DNA from: an uncultured Bacillota bacterium
GTDB lineage: Bacteria > Bacillota > Clostridia > Christensenellales > UBA1242
Length of the DNA: 64,000 bases
Reading direction: 5' to 3'
NCBI GenBank assembly: GCA_946499835.1
Contig: CAMMTJ010000001.1
Span: 80,879 to 144,878, forward strand
Positions within the stretch are counted from its first letter, which is position 1. Every line of letters starts with the position of its first letter. Both the position numbers and the translations under genes were made by a program. Shown here one piece after another: positions 9,198 to 18,154 of this stretch. The notes under the pieces were generated by a model, which worked only from the letters and a program-made list of their open reading frames with translations, did no database searches and was not told the origin of the DNA.

Positions 9198-10256
9198 TCA
9201 CAAATCAACATTTGGCTTTGCTGTCAGATCAAGTCCTGCAAATCCAAGTCCATTTTTCATCATATAATAGCCAGCCGAGCCTATCATTGCGGCATTGTCT
9301 GTGCAATAACGCAAAACTGGCGCATAAAAAGAAATTCCTTTTTCTTCACACGCAGTCTGCAATTTTTCTTTAAGCCTTGAATTTGCGCCTACACCACCTG
9401 CAACAACAAGTTTTCCTGTTCCTCCTTCTTGGCAGGCTCTGACTGCTTTTTCACATAACTCCTCTGTGACAGCCTCTTGAAAAGAACACGCCACATTTGC
9501 CTTGTCAAAAGTTTCTCCCTTTTGCTCTTTGTTATGCACAAAATTGACAACAGCAGTTTTAATGCCAGAAAAAGAAAAGTTGAAGGTATGCTTCAAACTG
9601 TTTGAAACTGTGAAATTATATTCATTTTTGCCACTTTTTGCAAGTTTATCAATTTCAGGCCCGCCAGGATAAGGCAGTCCAAGCACTCTTGCAACTTTGT
9701 CAAAACATTCTCCCACAGCGTCATCCACTGTGCTTCCCACCAAGCGAAATTTGCAATAGTCATCCACTTGCAAGATAGCACTATGCCCACCACTAACCAT
9801 AAGACAAGAAAATGGTGGAACAAGTTCTTTGTGAGAGATATAGTTTGCCGAGATATGACCATAGACATGGCTTACTGCAATAAGTGGAAGGGAAAGAGAA
9901 TAAGCAAGAGCCTTTGCAAAGTTTACTCCAACAAGAAGAGCGCCCATAAGTCCCGCACCATAAGTCACTGCAATGGCATCAAGATCATCTTTTTTCACAT
10001 TTGCCTCTTTCAAAGCCTCTTCAAAGATGTTTGAAATGGCAGTTATATGATTTCTTGACGCAACTTCTGGAACGACTCCGCCAAAACGCCTATGGATTTC
10101 AATTTGAGATGCAATAATGTTTGACAAAACTTCCCTTCCATTTTTTACAATCGCAACACTTGTTTCATCACAAGAGGATTCTATTGAAAGGATAAGCACA
10201 TCTTTTTTATTTTTCAACTTTTCAAACTTGTCTTTTGCTATTTCAGAATAAGTCAT
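9198..10256 (-). CDS. tsaD: tRNA N6-adenosine threonylcarbamoyltransferase TsaD
   Basis: SIESSCDETSVAIV and HVYGHISAN metal-binding motif, Kae1/TsaD length. Start set at ATG 10256. Confidence 0.9.
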   Translation of the reverse strand: MTYSEIAKDKFEKLKNKKDVLILSIESSCDETSVAIVKNGREVLSNIIASQIEIHRRFGGVVPEVASRNHITAISNIFEEALKEANVKKDDLDAIAVTYGAGLMGALLVGVNFAKALAYSLSLPLIAVSHVYGHISANYISHKELVPPFSCLMVSGGHSAILQVDDYCKFRLVGSTVDDAVGECFDKVARVLGLPYPGGPEIDKLAKSGKNEYNFTVSNSLKHTFNFSFSGIKTAVVNFVHNKEQKGETFDKANVACSFQEAVTEELCEKAVRACQEGGTGKLVVAGGVGANSRLKEKLQTACEEKGISFYAPVLRYCTDNAAMIGSAGYYMMKNGLGFAGLDLTAKPNVDL

Positions 10257-10262
10257 ACTGGC

Positions 10263-10291
10263 ATTATACCAAACATACAAAAAAAAGGCAA
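10263..10291 (-). promoter_or_regulatory. SigA-type promoter placed for a leaderless tsaD mRNA
   Basis: Minus strand TTGCCT-N17-TATAAT-N6-ATG. No SD precedes either candidate start. Confidence 0.45.
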
Positions 10292-10329
10292 TAAAATATA
10301 CTTTTACTGCCTATAAATTTGAAATATTA

Positions 10330-11425
10330 TCAAATTTTCTTCAAATATTCATTGATAAACTCTTGAATGTCGCCGTTCATAACACCTTGAATATCACTCG
10401 TTTCATATCCAGTCCTATGGTCTTTAACCATGGTATATGGACAAAAAACATAACTCCTTATCTGGCTTCCCCATTCAATTTTTTTGATGTCACCACGAAT
10501 CTGGGCAAGACGTTCAAGTTCTTCTCTCTCCTGCTTTTCAACAAGTTTTGAATAAAGCATCTGCATTGCCATCTCTTTGTTTTGCACCTGAGATCTCTCT
10601 GTCTGACAAGCGGTGATTATGCCTGTTGGCAAGTGCGTGATTCTTATTGCAGACTCCGTTTTGTTGACATGTTGTCCACCTGCACCTGATGAGCGGTATG
10701 TGTCAATCTTCAAATCCTCTGGTCTGATTTCAATTTCTGGTTTCTCTTCAATCTTTGGCACAACTTCCACACTGGCAAAAGATGTGTGTCTGCGTGCATT
10801 TGCATCAAATGGTGAAATTCGCACCAATCTATGCACGCCTTTTTCCGCTTTCAAATAGCCGTAAGCATTGTCACCACTCACCTCAAAAGTGATCGATTTG
10901 AGTCCTGCCTCATCACCATCAAGCACATCATAAACTTTCGTTTTGAACCCATTCTTTTCTGCATACATACAATACATACGGTAGAGCATTTCTGTCCAGT
11001 CTTGCGCCTCAGTCCCGCCAGCACCGGCATGAAGAGTTATGATTGCGTCATAGCTGTCATATTTTCCAGAAAGAAGAGTTCCCACTCTTGCATCTTCCAT
11101 ATTTTTTTCAAGCAAAGTCATCTCTTGTTCCAGTTCCTTTTCAAACGCAGGATCTGAACTCTCTTCAATAAGAGCAATCAGCGTTTCAATATCATCAATT
11201 TTTGAAGCAAGAGATCCAAGTTTTTCAAGTTTGTTTTCACAATGTTTGGCTTTTTTGCCCACTTCCAAAACTCTTTTTTGATCTGAATAAAAATCAGGAC
11301 TGTTTTGCTCTTCTTTCAGTCTTGCAAGTTCACTTTCAAGTTTAGCGGGGTCAAAGACACTCCTTTATAAAAGAAAAATCTTCCTTCATCTTTTCAAGTC
11401 TTGTCTTATAGTTATCAAGTATCAT
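10330..11425 (-). CDS. prfB: Peptide chain release factor 2, requires a programmed +1 frameshift
   Basis: ORF0 ATG 11425 (SD AAGGAGA) encodes MILDNYKTRLEKMKEDFSFIKECL, then TGA at 11353-11351. The +1 frame continues DPAKLESELARLKEEQ... into the tracked ORF, which carries the SPF and GGQ (SGAGGQHVNK) motifs. Confidence 0.92.
11350..11364 (-). other. prfB +1 frameshift site (internal SD plus CTT TGA C)
   Basis: The minus strand reads AGGAG-TGT-CTT-TGA-C, the classical RF2 autoregulatory slippery site. Confidence 0.9.
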
Positions 11426-11446
11426 AATTGTTTCTCCTTACACTTT

Positions 11447-11475
11447 ATTTTAACTTTTCAAAGCCTTATTGTCAA
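11447..11475 (-). promoter_or_regulatory. SigA-type promoter of prfB
   Basis: Minus strand TTGACA-N17-TAAAAT, about 20 nt upstream of the prfB SD. Confidence 0.55.
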
Positions 11476-11508
11476 TAAAAAATATGGCTTAAAAATGTGG
11501 AAAAAATC

Positions 11509-11536
11509 ACATTATCAAATATGCAATCATATCATA
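11509..11536 (+). promoter_or_regulatory. Candidate mother-cell (SigK/SigE-like) promoter of the 227-aa orphan gene
   Basis: AC (11509-11510), N17, CATATCATA (11528-11536) fits AC-N16/17-CATANNNTA. It lies 57 nt upstream of the ATG. Confidence 0.35.
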
Positions 11537-11592
11537 AAGTGTATCAAGGACGATAAAAGTCCTAATTACACATTTATTTTAGGAGGTTATAA

Positions 11593-12276
11593 ATGTCATT
11601 TTACATCAATAACACAAATCCAAACAGACCTGGCCCTATATGTGGAAATGGACTGAACGGAATTTGTGAAAAAGTCCTGATTGAAACCACAAAAGTCTTT
11701 GACGCCTGTGTTTCTCAATCAACAGAAAGCGGAATTGTGTTGCCACTTTCAAACTTTAACCCAGCAGGTCCTGCACTCCCACTTACTTATGTTTCAGCAC
11801 AAAACACACCAAACTCACCAGCCGTAATATCTGATCTTGTGATTGACAGAATTGATTGCACACCAAACTATGCAAATGTAAGTTTGAACGTCACAATTCC
11901 TATCACAGTAACATATCGTGACGCAAATGGCGTGCTTGGCACGGCTACGTCAAGTATAACTGTTCAAAAAAATGTTATGCTCTTCGTTCCACAACCATCG
12001 CTTAGTCCTGTAAACATCACGGCAACAGCCCTCTTTGCAAGCACAATTGGATCTTACACAGGCGAAAACACATTCACAGTTACAGGATGCATTCAAATCC
12101 TTTTGAAAGTGACCGCTGTTGTTGATATCCTCGTGCCATCATATGGCTACCCTGTTGTGCCACCTTGCCAACAAGCACAATCATCACAAAGTTGTCAAGC
12201 ACTTCAAGATCTGCCATTATACCCAACGGCAATCAACCCAAACGGCACAAGAGTGCAAGGAAATACAAATATATAA
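11593..12276 (+). CDS. Hypothetical Cys-bearing beta-rich protein, candidate spore coat/exosporium component
   Basis: ATG with AGGAGG 7 nt upstream and its own terminator. 227 aa, no signal peptide or TM helix, 7 Cys (17, 25, 39, 89, 166, 192, 201), N/T/V/P-rich strands. No family recognised. Confidence 0.8.
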   Translation: MSFYINNTNPNRPGPICGNGLNGICEKVLIETTKVFDACVSQSTESGIVLPLSNFNPAGPALPLTYVSAQNTPNSPAVISDLVIDRIDCTPNYANVSLNVTIPITVTYRDANGVLGTATSSITVQKNVMLFVPQPSLSPVNITATALFASTIGSYTGENTFTVTGCIQILLKVTAVVDILVPSYGYPVVPPCQQAQSSQSCQALQDLPLYPTAINPNGTRVQGNTNI

Positions 12277-12307
12277 AAAAGAAGTCTTACCTAGACTTCT
12301 TTTTTTG
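12275..12307. terminator. Bidirectional hairpin terminator between convergent genes
   Basis: AAGAAGTCT-TACC-TAGACTTCTT flanked by an A-run and a T-run. It overlaps the tlyA stop. Confidence 0.6.
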
Positions 12308-13082
12308 CGCTAACAAAGGCTTCATCCACAATTTTATCAATGTCAAAAGGTTTGTTTTGCCCGTTGATGTGGAAAAGATATTCAATATTTCCGCTCTTTC
12401 CCTTGATTGGTGAATAAGTAAGATTTGAAATATTTAGCCCATTTTCACTGACAAACTTTTCAAATTCTTTCAAAAGTCTTTTATGAAGAGCCTTATCCTT
12501 TATCACGCCCTTGCACTTTTTTGCAATGGCCATACCACATTCAAACTGAGGCTTGAAAAGCATACAAATCTCGATATTATTTCCAAAGAGCTCAATTATT
12601 CTCGGCAAAATGAGTTTAAGTGAAATGAAAGACAAGTCTCCTATGATCATATTTGCATCTTTGCATAAATTTTTATCTATCAAGCGAAAGTCTTGTCCTT
12701 CCAAGTTGACAACCCTTTCATCTTGCCTAAGAGAAGGCGCAAGTTCACCTTTGCCAACATCTATGGCATAAACTTTTTTTGCCCCATTTTTAAGCGCAAA
12801 GTCAGTGAAGCCACCAGTCGATGCACCAATATCAACAACCACCTTTCCTTCAAATGAGAGGTCAAACACTTGGTATGCCCTCTTGATCTTGAAGGCACCA
12901 CGCGAAACATATTCTTCTGCTGGCAGAACAGTTATCTCTTCTCCTTCCACCAAAAAAGAAGGCTTTGAAACAACCTTGCCTCGCACCAAAACACGTCCAC
13001 TTTTGATTGTCTGCACCGCCTTTTCTCTTGAAGAGCAATCGCCTCTTGCAACCAGAAATTGGTCAAGTCTAACTTTTTCCAT
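12291..13082 (-). CDS. tlyA: TlyA-family rRNA 2'-O-methyltransferase
   Basis: S4-like N-terminus (RLDQFLVARG) and FtsJ-type SAM motif VVDIGASTGGFTD. Confidence 0.85.
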   Translation of the reverse strand: MEKVRLDQFLVARGDCSSREKAVQTIKSGRVLVRGKVVSKPSFLVEGEEITVLPAEEYVSRGAFKIKRAYQVFDLSFEGKVVVDIGASTGGFTDFALKNGAKKVYAIDVGKGELAPSLRQDERVVNLEGQDFRLIDKNLCKDANMIIGDLSFISLKLILPRIIELFGNNIEICMLFKPQFECGMAIAKKCKGVIKDKALHKRLLKEFEKFVSENGLNISNLTYSPIKGKSGNIEYLFHINGQNKPFDIDKIVDEAFVSAKKEV

Positions 13083-13162
13083 GTTTTAATTTTAACATAA
13101 AAAAGTGGATAAAAAAAGAAAAAAGCCTGTTTTTTCAGGCTTTTTATTTGTTTTTTAGAAAA

Positions 13163-14797
13163 TTATTCCAAACTTACGAGATAGTAGTAAACTGGTTGTC
13201 CACCATATGCAGAAGTCACTTCGCAATCAGGATATTTTTGTGCAAGTTTTTCACAAAGGGCAACAGCCTCTTCTTCACGGATGTCCTCGCCATAGAAGAG
13301 TGTGATATTCATGGTGTCCTCAGTGATAAGTTTTTCAACAAGTTTTTCGGTAGTTTCAGAAACAAGTTTGCCTTTTGCCAGAATTGCTTTGTCGTCAAGA
13401 CCGATTATCTCACCAACGGCAAGGTCAAAGCCATCAACATGAGTGTCACGCACTGCATAAGTCACAGAGCCAGATTTGACACCTTTCATTGCATCGTTCA
13501 TAGCCTCAGTATTTTCTTCCACTGATGCGTCTGGATTGAAGGCAATGGCAGCAGAAATGCCCTCTGGAACACTTCTTGTTGGAATGATGACAAGGTTTTT
13601 GTTTGTAAGGTCATTTGCCTGTTGAGCAGCAAGCACGATGTTTTTGTTGTTTGGGAAAACAAAGACAGTCCTTGCAGGCACTTTATCGGCAGCAGCAGCG
13701 ATATCTTCTGCACTTGGGTTCATAGTCTGTCCACCAACGATGGTTTCATCAACTGAAAGATCTTTGAAGATTGCGCTAAGTCCATCACCAGGTGCAACAG
13801 CCACCATACCAACCTCTTTGATCTCTTCAAGCACATTGGCTTTCTTTTTGAGTTCACGGTTTTGTTCAAGCATGTTTTCAATCTTGATGTTGTAAATTTC
13901 TCCAAGTTCAAGAGCATATCCAAGTGCCTTGTTTGGTTCATTTGAGTGGACGTGCACTTTGACGAGATTAAGGTCTCCGATACAGATGACAGAGTCGCCA
14001 AGTTCCATAAGTTTTTCTCTAAGTTTGTCAATGTCTGCCTCTGTTGTCTTTTTCTTCATGTTGATGATCATGTATTCTGTGCAGTATCCAAATTGGATAT
14101 CTCCAAGATTGTTGATGTCTGCAATCACATCGTCAACCGTTTGAGGTTTCTTTTCATCGTCAAATGTAAACTCAAAATCTTCCTCACCCATTATGAGTTT
14201 GTAAAAACCTGTGAAGATGACAATAATACCTCTTCCGCCAGCGTCCACAACTCCCGCTTTTTTGAGCACAGGAAGCATTTCAGGTGTTTGCTTCAAAATT
14301 TCCTCACCAGTTTCAAGCACTTTTTTGAGGAAGACTTCAAAGTCATCACACTTCTTTGCCACATTGACAGCATTTTCTGCCATAACCCTGATGACAGTCA
14401 AAATCGTTCCTTCTTTTGGCTTTGTCACTGCCTTGTAAGCAACGTTTGCACCTTCTTGCATAGCCTTTGCAAAAACTTTGGTTGTCAGTTCAGTACACTT
14501 GCCAACCTCAGAACAAAAGCCCTTGAAGATTTGTGAGGTGATAACACCACTATTTCCCCTTGCACCTTTGAGTGCACCCTTTGCAAAAGCATCACTGAGT
14601 GCGTCAAAGTTGTTTGTGATGCACTTTGACACCTCATTGACAGCAGACTTCATTGTCAAATACATATTAGTTCCTGTGTCGCCATCTGGAACAGGAAAAA
14701 CGTTGAGCGAGTCAACGTATTTTTTATTTTGCTCTAAAAGGCCAGCGCCTGCCACAATCATCTTGCGGAAGGTGGCACCATTTATAGACTTAATCAT
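13163..14797 (-). CDS. yloV: DAK2 domain fusion protein (YloV family)
   Basis: DGDTGTNM Dak2 motif, 544 aa, asp23-yloV synteny opposite rpmB. Confidence 0.9.
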   Translation of the reverse strand: MIKSINGATFRKMIVAGAGLLEQNKKYVDSLNVFPVPDGDTGTNMYLTMKSAVNEVSKCITNNFDALSDAFAKGALKGARGNSGVITSQIFKGFCSEVGKCTELTTKVFAKAMQEGANVAYKAVTKPKEGTILTVIRVMAENAVNVAKKCDDFEVFLKKVLETGEEILKQTPEMLPVLKKAGVVDAGGRGIIVIFTGFYKLIMGEEDFEFTFDDEKKPQTVDDVIADINNLGDIQFGYCTEYMIINMKKKTTEADIDKLREKLMELGDSVICIGDLNLVKVHVHSNEPNKALGYALELGEIYNIKIENMLEQNRELKKKANVLEEIKEVGMVAVAPGDGLSAIFKDLSVDETIVGGQTMNPSAEDIAAAADKVPARTVFVFPNNKNIVLAAQQANDLTNKNLVIIPTRSVPEGISAAIAFNPDASVEENTEAMNDAMKGVKSGSVTYAVRDTHVDGFDLAVGEIIGLDDKAILAKGKLVSETTEKLVEKLITEDTMNITLFYGEDIREEEAVALCEKLAQKYPDCEVTSAYGGQPVYYYLVSLE

Positions 14798-14810
14798 AAA
14801 GTTTCACTCC

Positions 14811-15161
14811 CTATACTCTCACGCCAACGACATGGATATTGACGGCGTCAACAAGCATACCTGTGAAATTTTCAACGGTATATTTCACAGACTTACGCAA
14901 AGATTCTGCCACAGCAGAAACAGACACACCATATTTCAAAATACAGTAAACGTCAATAAAAATTCTATTGTCGATATGGCTTATTTTTATCCCTTTTGAA
15001 TAGTTTTCTTTTTTGAAAAGTTCTTTGGCACTATCAACAATCGATCTAGATACAAGGTCGACCACGCCATAGCAGTCGAGCACAGCATAACCTGCAACAA
15101 CTCTAATTGAATTGTCGCTGATCGATATGTTTCCATAATAGTTGTTGGTATCGACTGTCAA
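14811..15161 (-). CDS. Asp23/Gls24 family envelope stress protein (YloU-like)
   Basis: 116 aa Asp23-like sequence. TTG start with AGGAGG upstream. Conserved position upstream of yloV. Confidence 0.88.
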   Translation of the reverse strand: MTVDTNNYYGNISISDNSIRVVAGYAVLDCYGVVDLVSRSIVDSAKELFKKENYSKGIKISHIDNRIFIDVYCILKYGVSVSAVAESLRKSVKYTVENFTGMLVDAVNIHVVGVRV

Positions 15162-15295
15162 AGTGACCTCCTATAAAATATCTTTCGCCTTATATACTAT
15201 ACAATATAGACAAAAAAAAGACAACCAATTTGTGAAAAATTAAAGAAAATTTCTTGGTGAAATATTGGAAATATAAAAAACTTGTGAAAAAAGAG

Positions 15296-15324
15296 TTGAT
15301 TTTTCTGACAAAAAATGATATATT
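15296..15324 (+). promoter_or_regulatory. SigA-type promoter of rpmB (extended -10)
   Basis: TTGATT-N17-TATATT, with TG one base upstream of the -10. Confidence 0.55.
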
Positions 15325-15353
15325 AAAATGCAAATGTTATGGAGGTGAAAACA

Positions 15354-15536
15354 ATGAGCAGAGTTTGTGAAGTGTGCGGAAGAACAAAATCAGCCGGCAA
15401 ACAAGTAAGTTTCTCAAATCGCAAATCAAACAGAACATATGAGCTTAATTTGCAAAAAACAACCATCACAGTTGATGGCAAGGAGAAAAAAGTTAAAGCC
15501 TGCACAAGATGTATCAAAAAAGCCAAGGCAGAATAA
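15354..15536 (+). CDS. rpmB: 50S ribosomal protein L28
   Basis: MSRVCEVCGRTKSAGKQVSFSNRKSNR..., SD GGAGGTG. The track start at 15339 is an upstream extension. Confidence 0.93.
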   Translation: MSRVCEVCGRTKSAGKQVSFSNRKSNRTYELNLQKTTITVDGKEKKVKACTRCIKKAKAE

Positions 15537-15563
15537 TTTGTCTGTTTTTTTCATCGCCTAAAT

Positions 15564-15590
15564 GCAAGGGTGTCACCCCTTGCTTTTTTT
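15564..15590 (+). terminator. Terminator after rpmB
   Basis: GCAAGGG-TGTCAC-CCCTTGC followed by T7. Confidence 0.65.
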
Positions 15591-15753
15591 GTGCTTAAAG
15601 TTTTTTACTTTTGTTTTTTATGTAATCTGCGTAAAAAGAAGCTAAGCCATCGTGGCGCCTTAATGCAGATTATTGTGATTTTTCCTTCTTTCTGTTTTTC
15701 CATGGTATAATCTATTCTTCAAAAGCGCAATTTGTTAGCAAAAATTGAAAGAA

Positions 15754-15785
15754 AAAGCCGTTCAAGCATTTGCCTGAGCGACTTT
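15754..15785. terminator. Hairpin terminator downstream of spoIVA (bidirectional)
   Basis: 14-bp stem with 2 mismatches (AAAGCCGTTCAAGC/GCCTGAGCGACTTT), loop ATTT, T-runs on both strands. Confidence 0.5.
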
Positions 15786-15791
15786 CCTTTT

Positions 15792-17267
15792 TTAGAGCAG
15801 GATGCAAATCACTCCGCCCTTTCCTTCATTGACAATTCTTCCAAGAGTCTTTCTCATCTTCTTTTGAGCCTCAACTGGCATCATAACCAATTTTGAATTT
15901 ATATTGTCTCCTATCAGACTGTAAAGGCTTCTACCCAAGATGTTTGTATCCCAAATGGTTGAAGGATCGGCCTCAAATTGATCCATAAGATTTTTTGCAA
16001 GATCTTGACTTTGATCTTCTGTGCCAACAATAGGAGTGACTTCTGTCTGCACATCAACGCGCATAATGTGAAGGCTTGGTGCTGTGGCACGGATTTTGAC
16101 TCCAAACCTTCCACCCTGTTTGATAATTTCAGGTTCATCAAGTTCAAGGTCTTCTCTTCTAGGCTCAACCACGCCATATCCTGTTTGTCTGACTTCTTCA
16201 AGAGCCCCTTTGATCTTGTCATATTCACATTTTGCATGAGCAAGTTCTTTGATATAACCAACAAGTTCATAGTCATCATGGATTTCATAGTTGCACTCAC
16301 GACTAAGCACTTTATAGAAGAGGTTATCTTTTGGTATAACATCAAAGTTGACCACTCCCTCTCCCATTTCCATATTTGAGAAAGTGATAGGGTCAAAACA
16401 TTCACTTTCTGTGAAGGCAAGACTGCTCTTGTCAACTTGACTAAGTTTGTTCATCTTACTGCCAAGTCTTTTCACTTCGCTTGCAATCTCTGAGATAATG
16501 TCACTGTCAAAATCAAGTGCTCTGAGCCACTTTGGCATTTTGACATGAATTGATTTGACTGGAAATTCCATCAAGATATTTTCAACAATCTTGTCAACAT
16601 CACCCTCTTTCATTTCAAGTGCGTTCATGGCAATGACAGGAACTGCATATTTTTCTTCCAAAGACGCCGACAATTTTTTAGCCTCATTTGAGGATGGATT
16701 TTTGGTGTTAAGCACAATCACGAATGGCTTTTTCGCCTCTTTCATCTCAGCGACAACTCTTTCTTCTGCATCAACATAGTTTCCTCTTGCAAGTTCTGTA
16801 ACTGTGCCATCAGTCGTGACAACAATGCCGATTGTTGAATGCTCGTCAATGACCTTTTTTGTGCCAAGTTCTGCCGCCTCTTCAAACGGAAGTTCTTCTT
16901 CTGACCAAGGCGTTTTCACAAGTCTTGGTTTGTCATTTTCAATGTGACCCATCACGCCACTGACAAGATAACCCACACAGTCAATCATTCGAACTTTCAT
17001 ATCTGCATTTGCAATTCTGATTTTTACTGCCTCATTTGGCACAAATCTAGGTTGCGTGGTCATGATTGTTTTGCCATCGGCAGATTGAGGAAGTTCATCA
17101 ATCGTGCGTTCCTTTGCATTTTTTTCTGTGATGTTTGGCACAACGAGTTTTTGCATAAATTGAGTGATAAAAGTTGACTTTCCCACGCGAACAGGGCCAA
17201 CCACCCCAATATATATATCCCCGTTTGTGCGAGTTTTTATATCATCATAGATTTCATATTTTTCCAT
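15792..17267 (-). CDS. spoIVA: Stage IV sporulation protein A
   Basis: 491 aa, N-terminal Walker A (GPVRVGKSTFI), characteristic SpoIVA sequence throughout. der-plsY-spoIVA synteny. Confidence 0.95.
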   Translation of the reverse strand: MEKYEIYDDIKTRTNGDIYIGVVGPVRVGKSTFITQFMQKLVVPNITEKNAKERTIDELPQSADGKTIMTTQPRFVPNEAVKIRIANADMKVRMIDCVGYLVSGVMGHIENDKPRLVKTPWSEEELPFEEAAELGTKKVIDEHSTIGIVVTTDGTVTELARGNYVDAEERVVAEMKEAKKPFVIVLNTKNPSSNEAKKLSASLEEKYAVPVIAMNALEMKEGDVDKIVENILMEFPVKSIHVKMPKWLRALDFDSDIISEIASEVKRLGSKMNKLSQVDKSSLAFTESECFDPITFSNMEMGEGVVNFDVIPKDNLFYKVLSRECNYEIHDDYELVGYIKELAHAKCEYDKIKGALEEVRQTGYGVVEPRREDLELDEPEIIKQGGRFGVKIRATAPSLHIMRVDVQTEVTPIVGTEDQSQDLAKNLMDQFEADPSTIWDTNILGRSLYSLIGDNINSKLVMMPVEAQKKMRKTLGRIVNEGKGGVICILL

Positions 17268-17290
17268 AAGATACCTCCAAGGACATTTCT

Positions 17291-17319
17291 ATCATATGTG
17301 TCGCTTGTGGCAAATATAA
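17291..17319 (-). promoter_or_regulatory. Candidate SigE-type promoter of spoIVA
   Basis: Minus strand TTATATT-N14-CATATGAT against consensus kmATAww-N14-CATACAmT. Confidence 0.4.
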
Positions 17320-17351
17320 CCCTTTATTTCAAACTTTTTATCTCTTTTATA

Positions 17352-17378
17352 ACAAAAAAATGAGGACTTTCTCCTCAT
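17352..17378 (-). terminator. Terminator of plsY (hairpin begins at the stop codon)
   Basis: The minus strand reads aTGAGGA-GAAAG-TCCTCAt followed by T7. The TGA stop is part of the stem. Confidence 0.7.
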
Positions 17379-18154
17379 TCTTTTTTATCTTCTTTATCCT
17401 CTTGGCTTGAAGAATTTTCCTCTTCAATCACGATCTCTTGCTCAGGCTTTGTTTCTACTTGGTCTTCGCTTATAATCTCCTCACCTTTCTTATGGCAAAA
17501 ACATTCTTTAAGTTTTTGTTTGAAATCAATCTTGTTTTCACATTTGTGGAAAAGTCTATAAATATTTGCATGGTGTTTTGCAAATGTGAGTGCCACCAAA
17601 AACCAAATGATTGCAGTGACTGCCCATGCCAAAGGAAAAGTGGCAAACACCCATGTGTAAATTGTGTATGCAATGGCCATGCCTGTGATGAACATAAACG
17701 AGGCAACAGAACCATATCCAATAAAGTAGAAAATGGTCGCACAAAGAATAAGCCATATAAGTCCAACCCAGCCTATTTGACTGAAAAGAAAGATGCCCAC
17801 AAAACAAGCAACGCCTTTTCCACCCTTAAATTTTGACCAAACAGGGAAATCATTGCCAAGCATAAGAAAAAGCCCACTAAACCAATAAGCCACTTCTCCA
17901 TAACCCAAAGTATGATCCATCACAATCTTGACAATAAGTGCAGTAAGTCCTGCCTTTATAACTTCTGCAATCAAGGTAAAAAGTGCCAGTTTGAAACCAA
18001 AAGAGCGAAGCATATTCATTGTTCCAGGATTGCCACTGCCAACTTTGGTGATGTCCTTTCGTCTTGCGTTCCACGCTATAATTTTTGAAAAGTTGACCGT
18101 TCCAATCAAATATGAGATGATTGCTATCAAGACAAATGCCACTGCTATGCTCAT
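17375..18154 (-). CDS. plsY: Glycerol-3-phosphate acyltransferase PlsY with an acidic C-terminal extension
   Basis: GSGNPGTMN motif and PlsY TM pattern. About 60 extra C-terminal residues. ATGA overlap with the der stop. Confidence 0.9.
   Translation of the reverse strand: MSIAVAFVLIAIISYLIGTVNFSKIIAWNARRKDITKVGSGNPGTMNMLRSFGFKLALFTLIAEVIKAGLTALIVKIVMDHTLGYGEVAYWFSGLFLMLGNDFPVWSKFKGGKGVACFVGIFLFSQIGWVGLIWLILCATIFYFIGYGSVASFMFITGMAIAYTIYTWVFATFPLAWAVTAIIWFLVALTFAKHHANIYRLFHKCENKIDFKQKLKECFCHKKGEEIISEDQVETKPEQEIVIEEENSSSQEDKEDKKE

Noticed and set aside
10257-10280. TTG 10280 as the tsaD start (MYVWYNAS…).
   Set aside because: These codons coincide with the TATAAT -10 element. There is no SD. 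ATG 10256 is preferred, though not proven.
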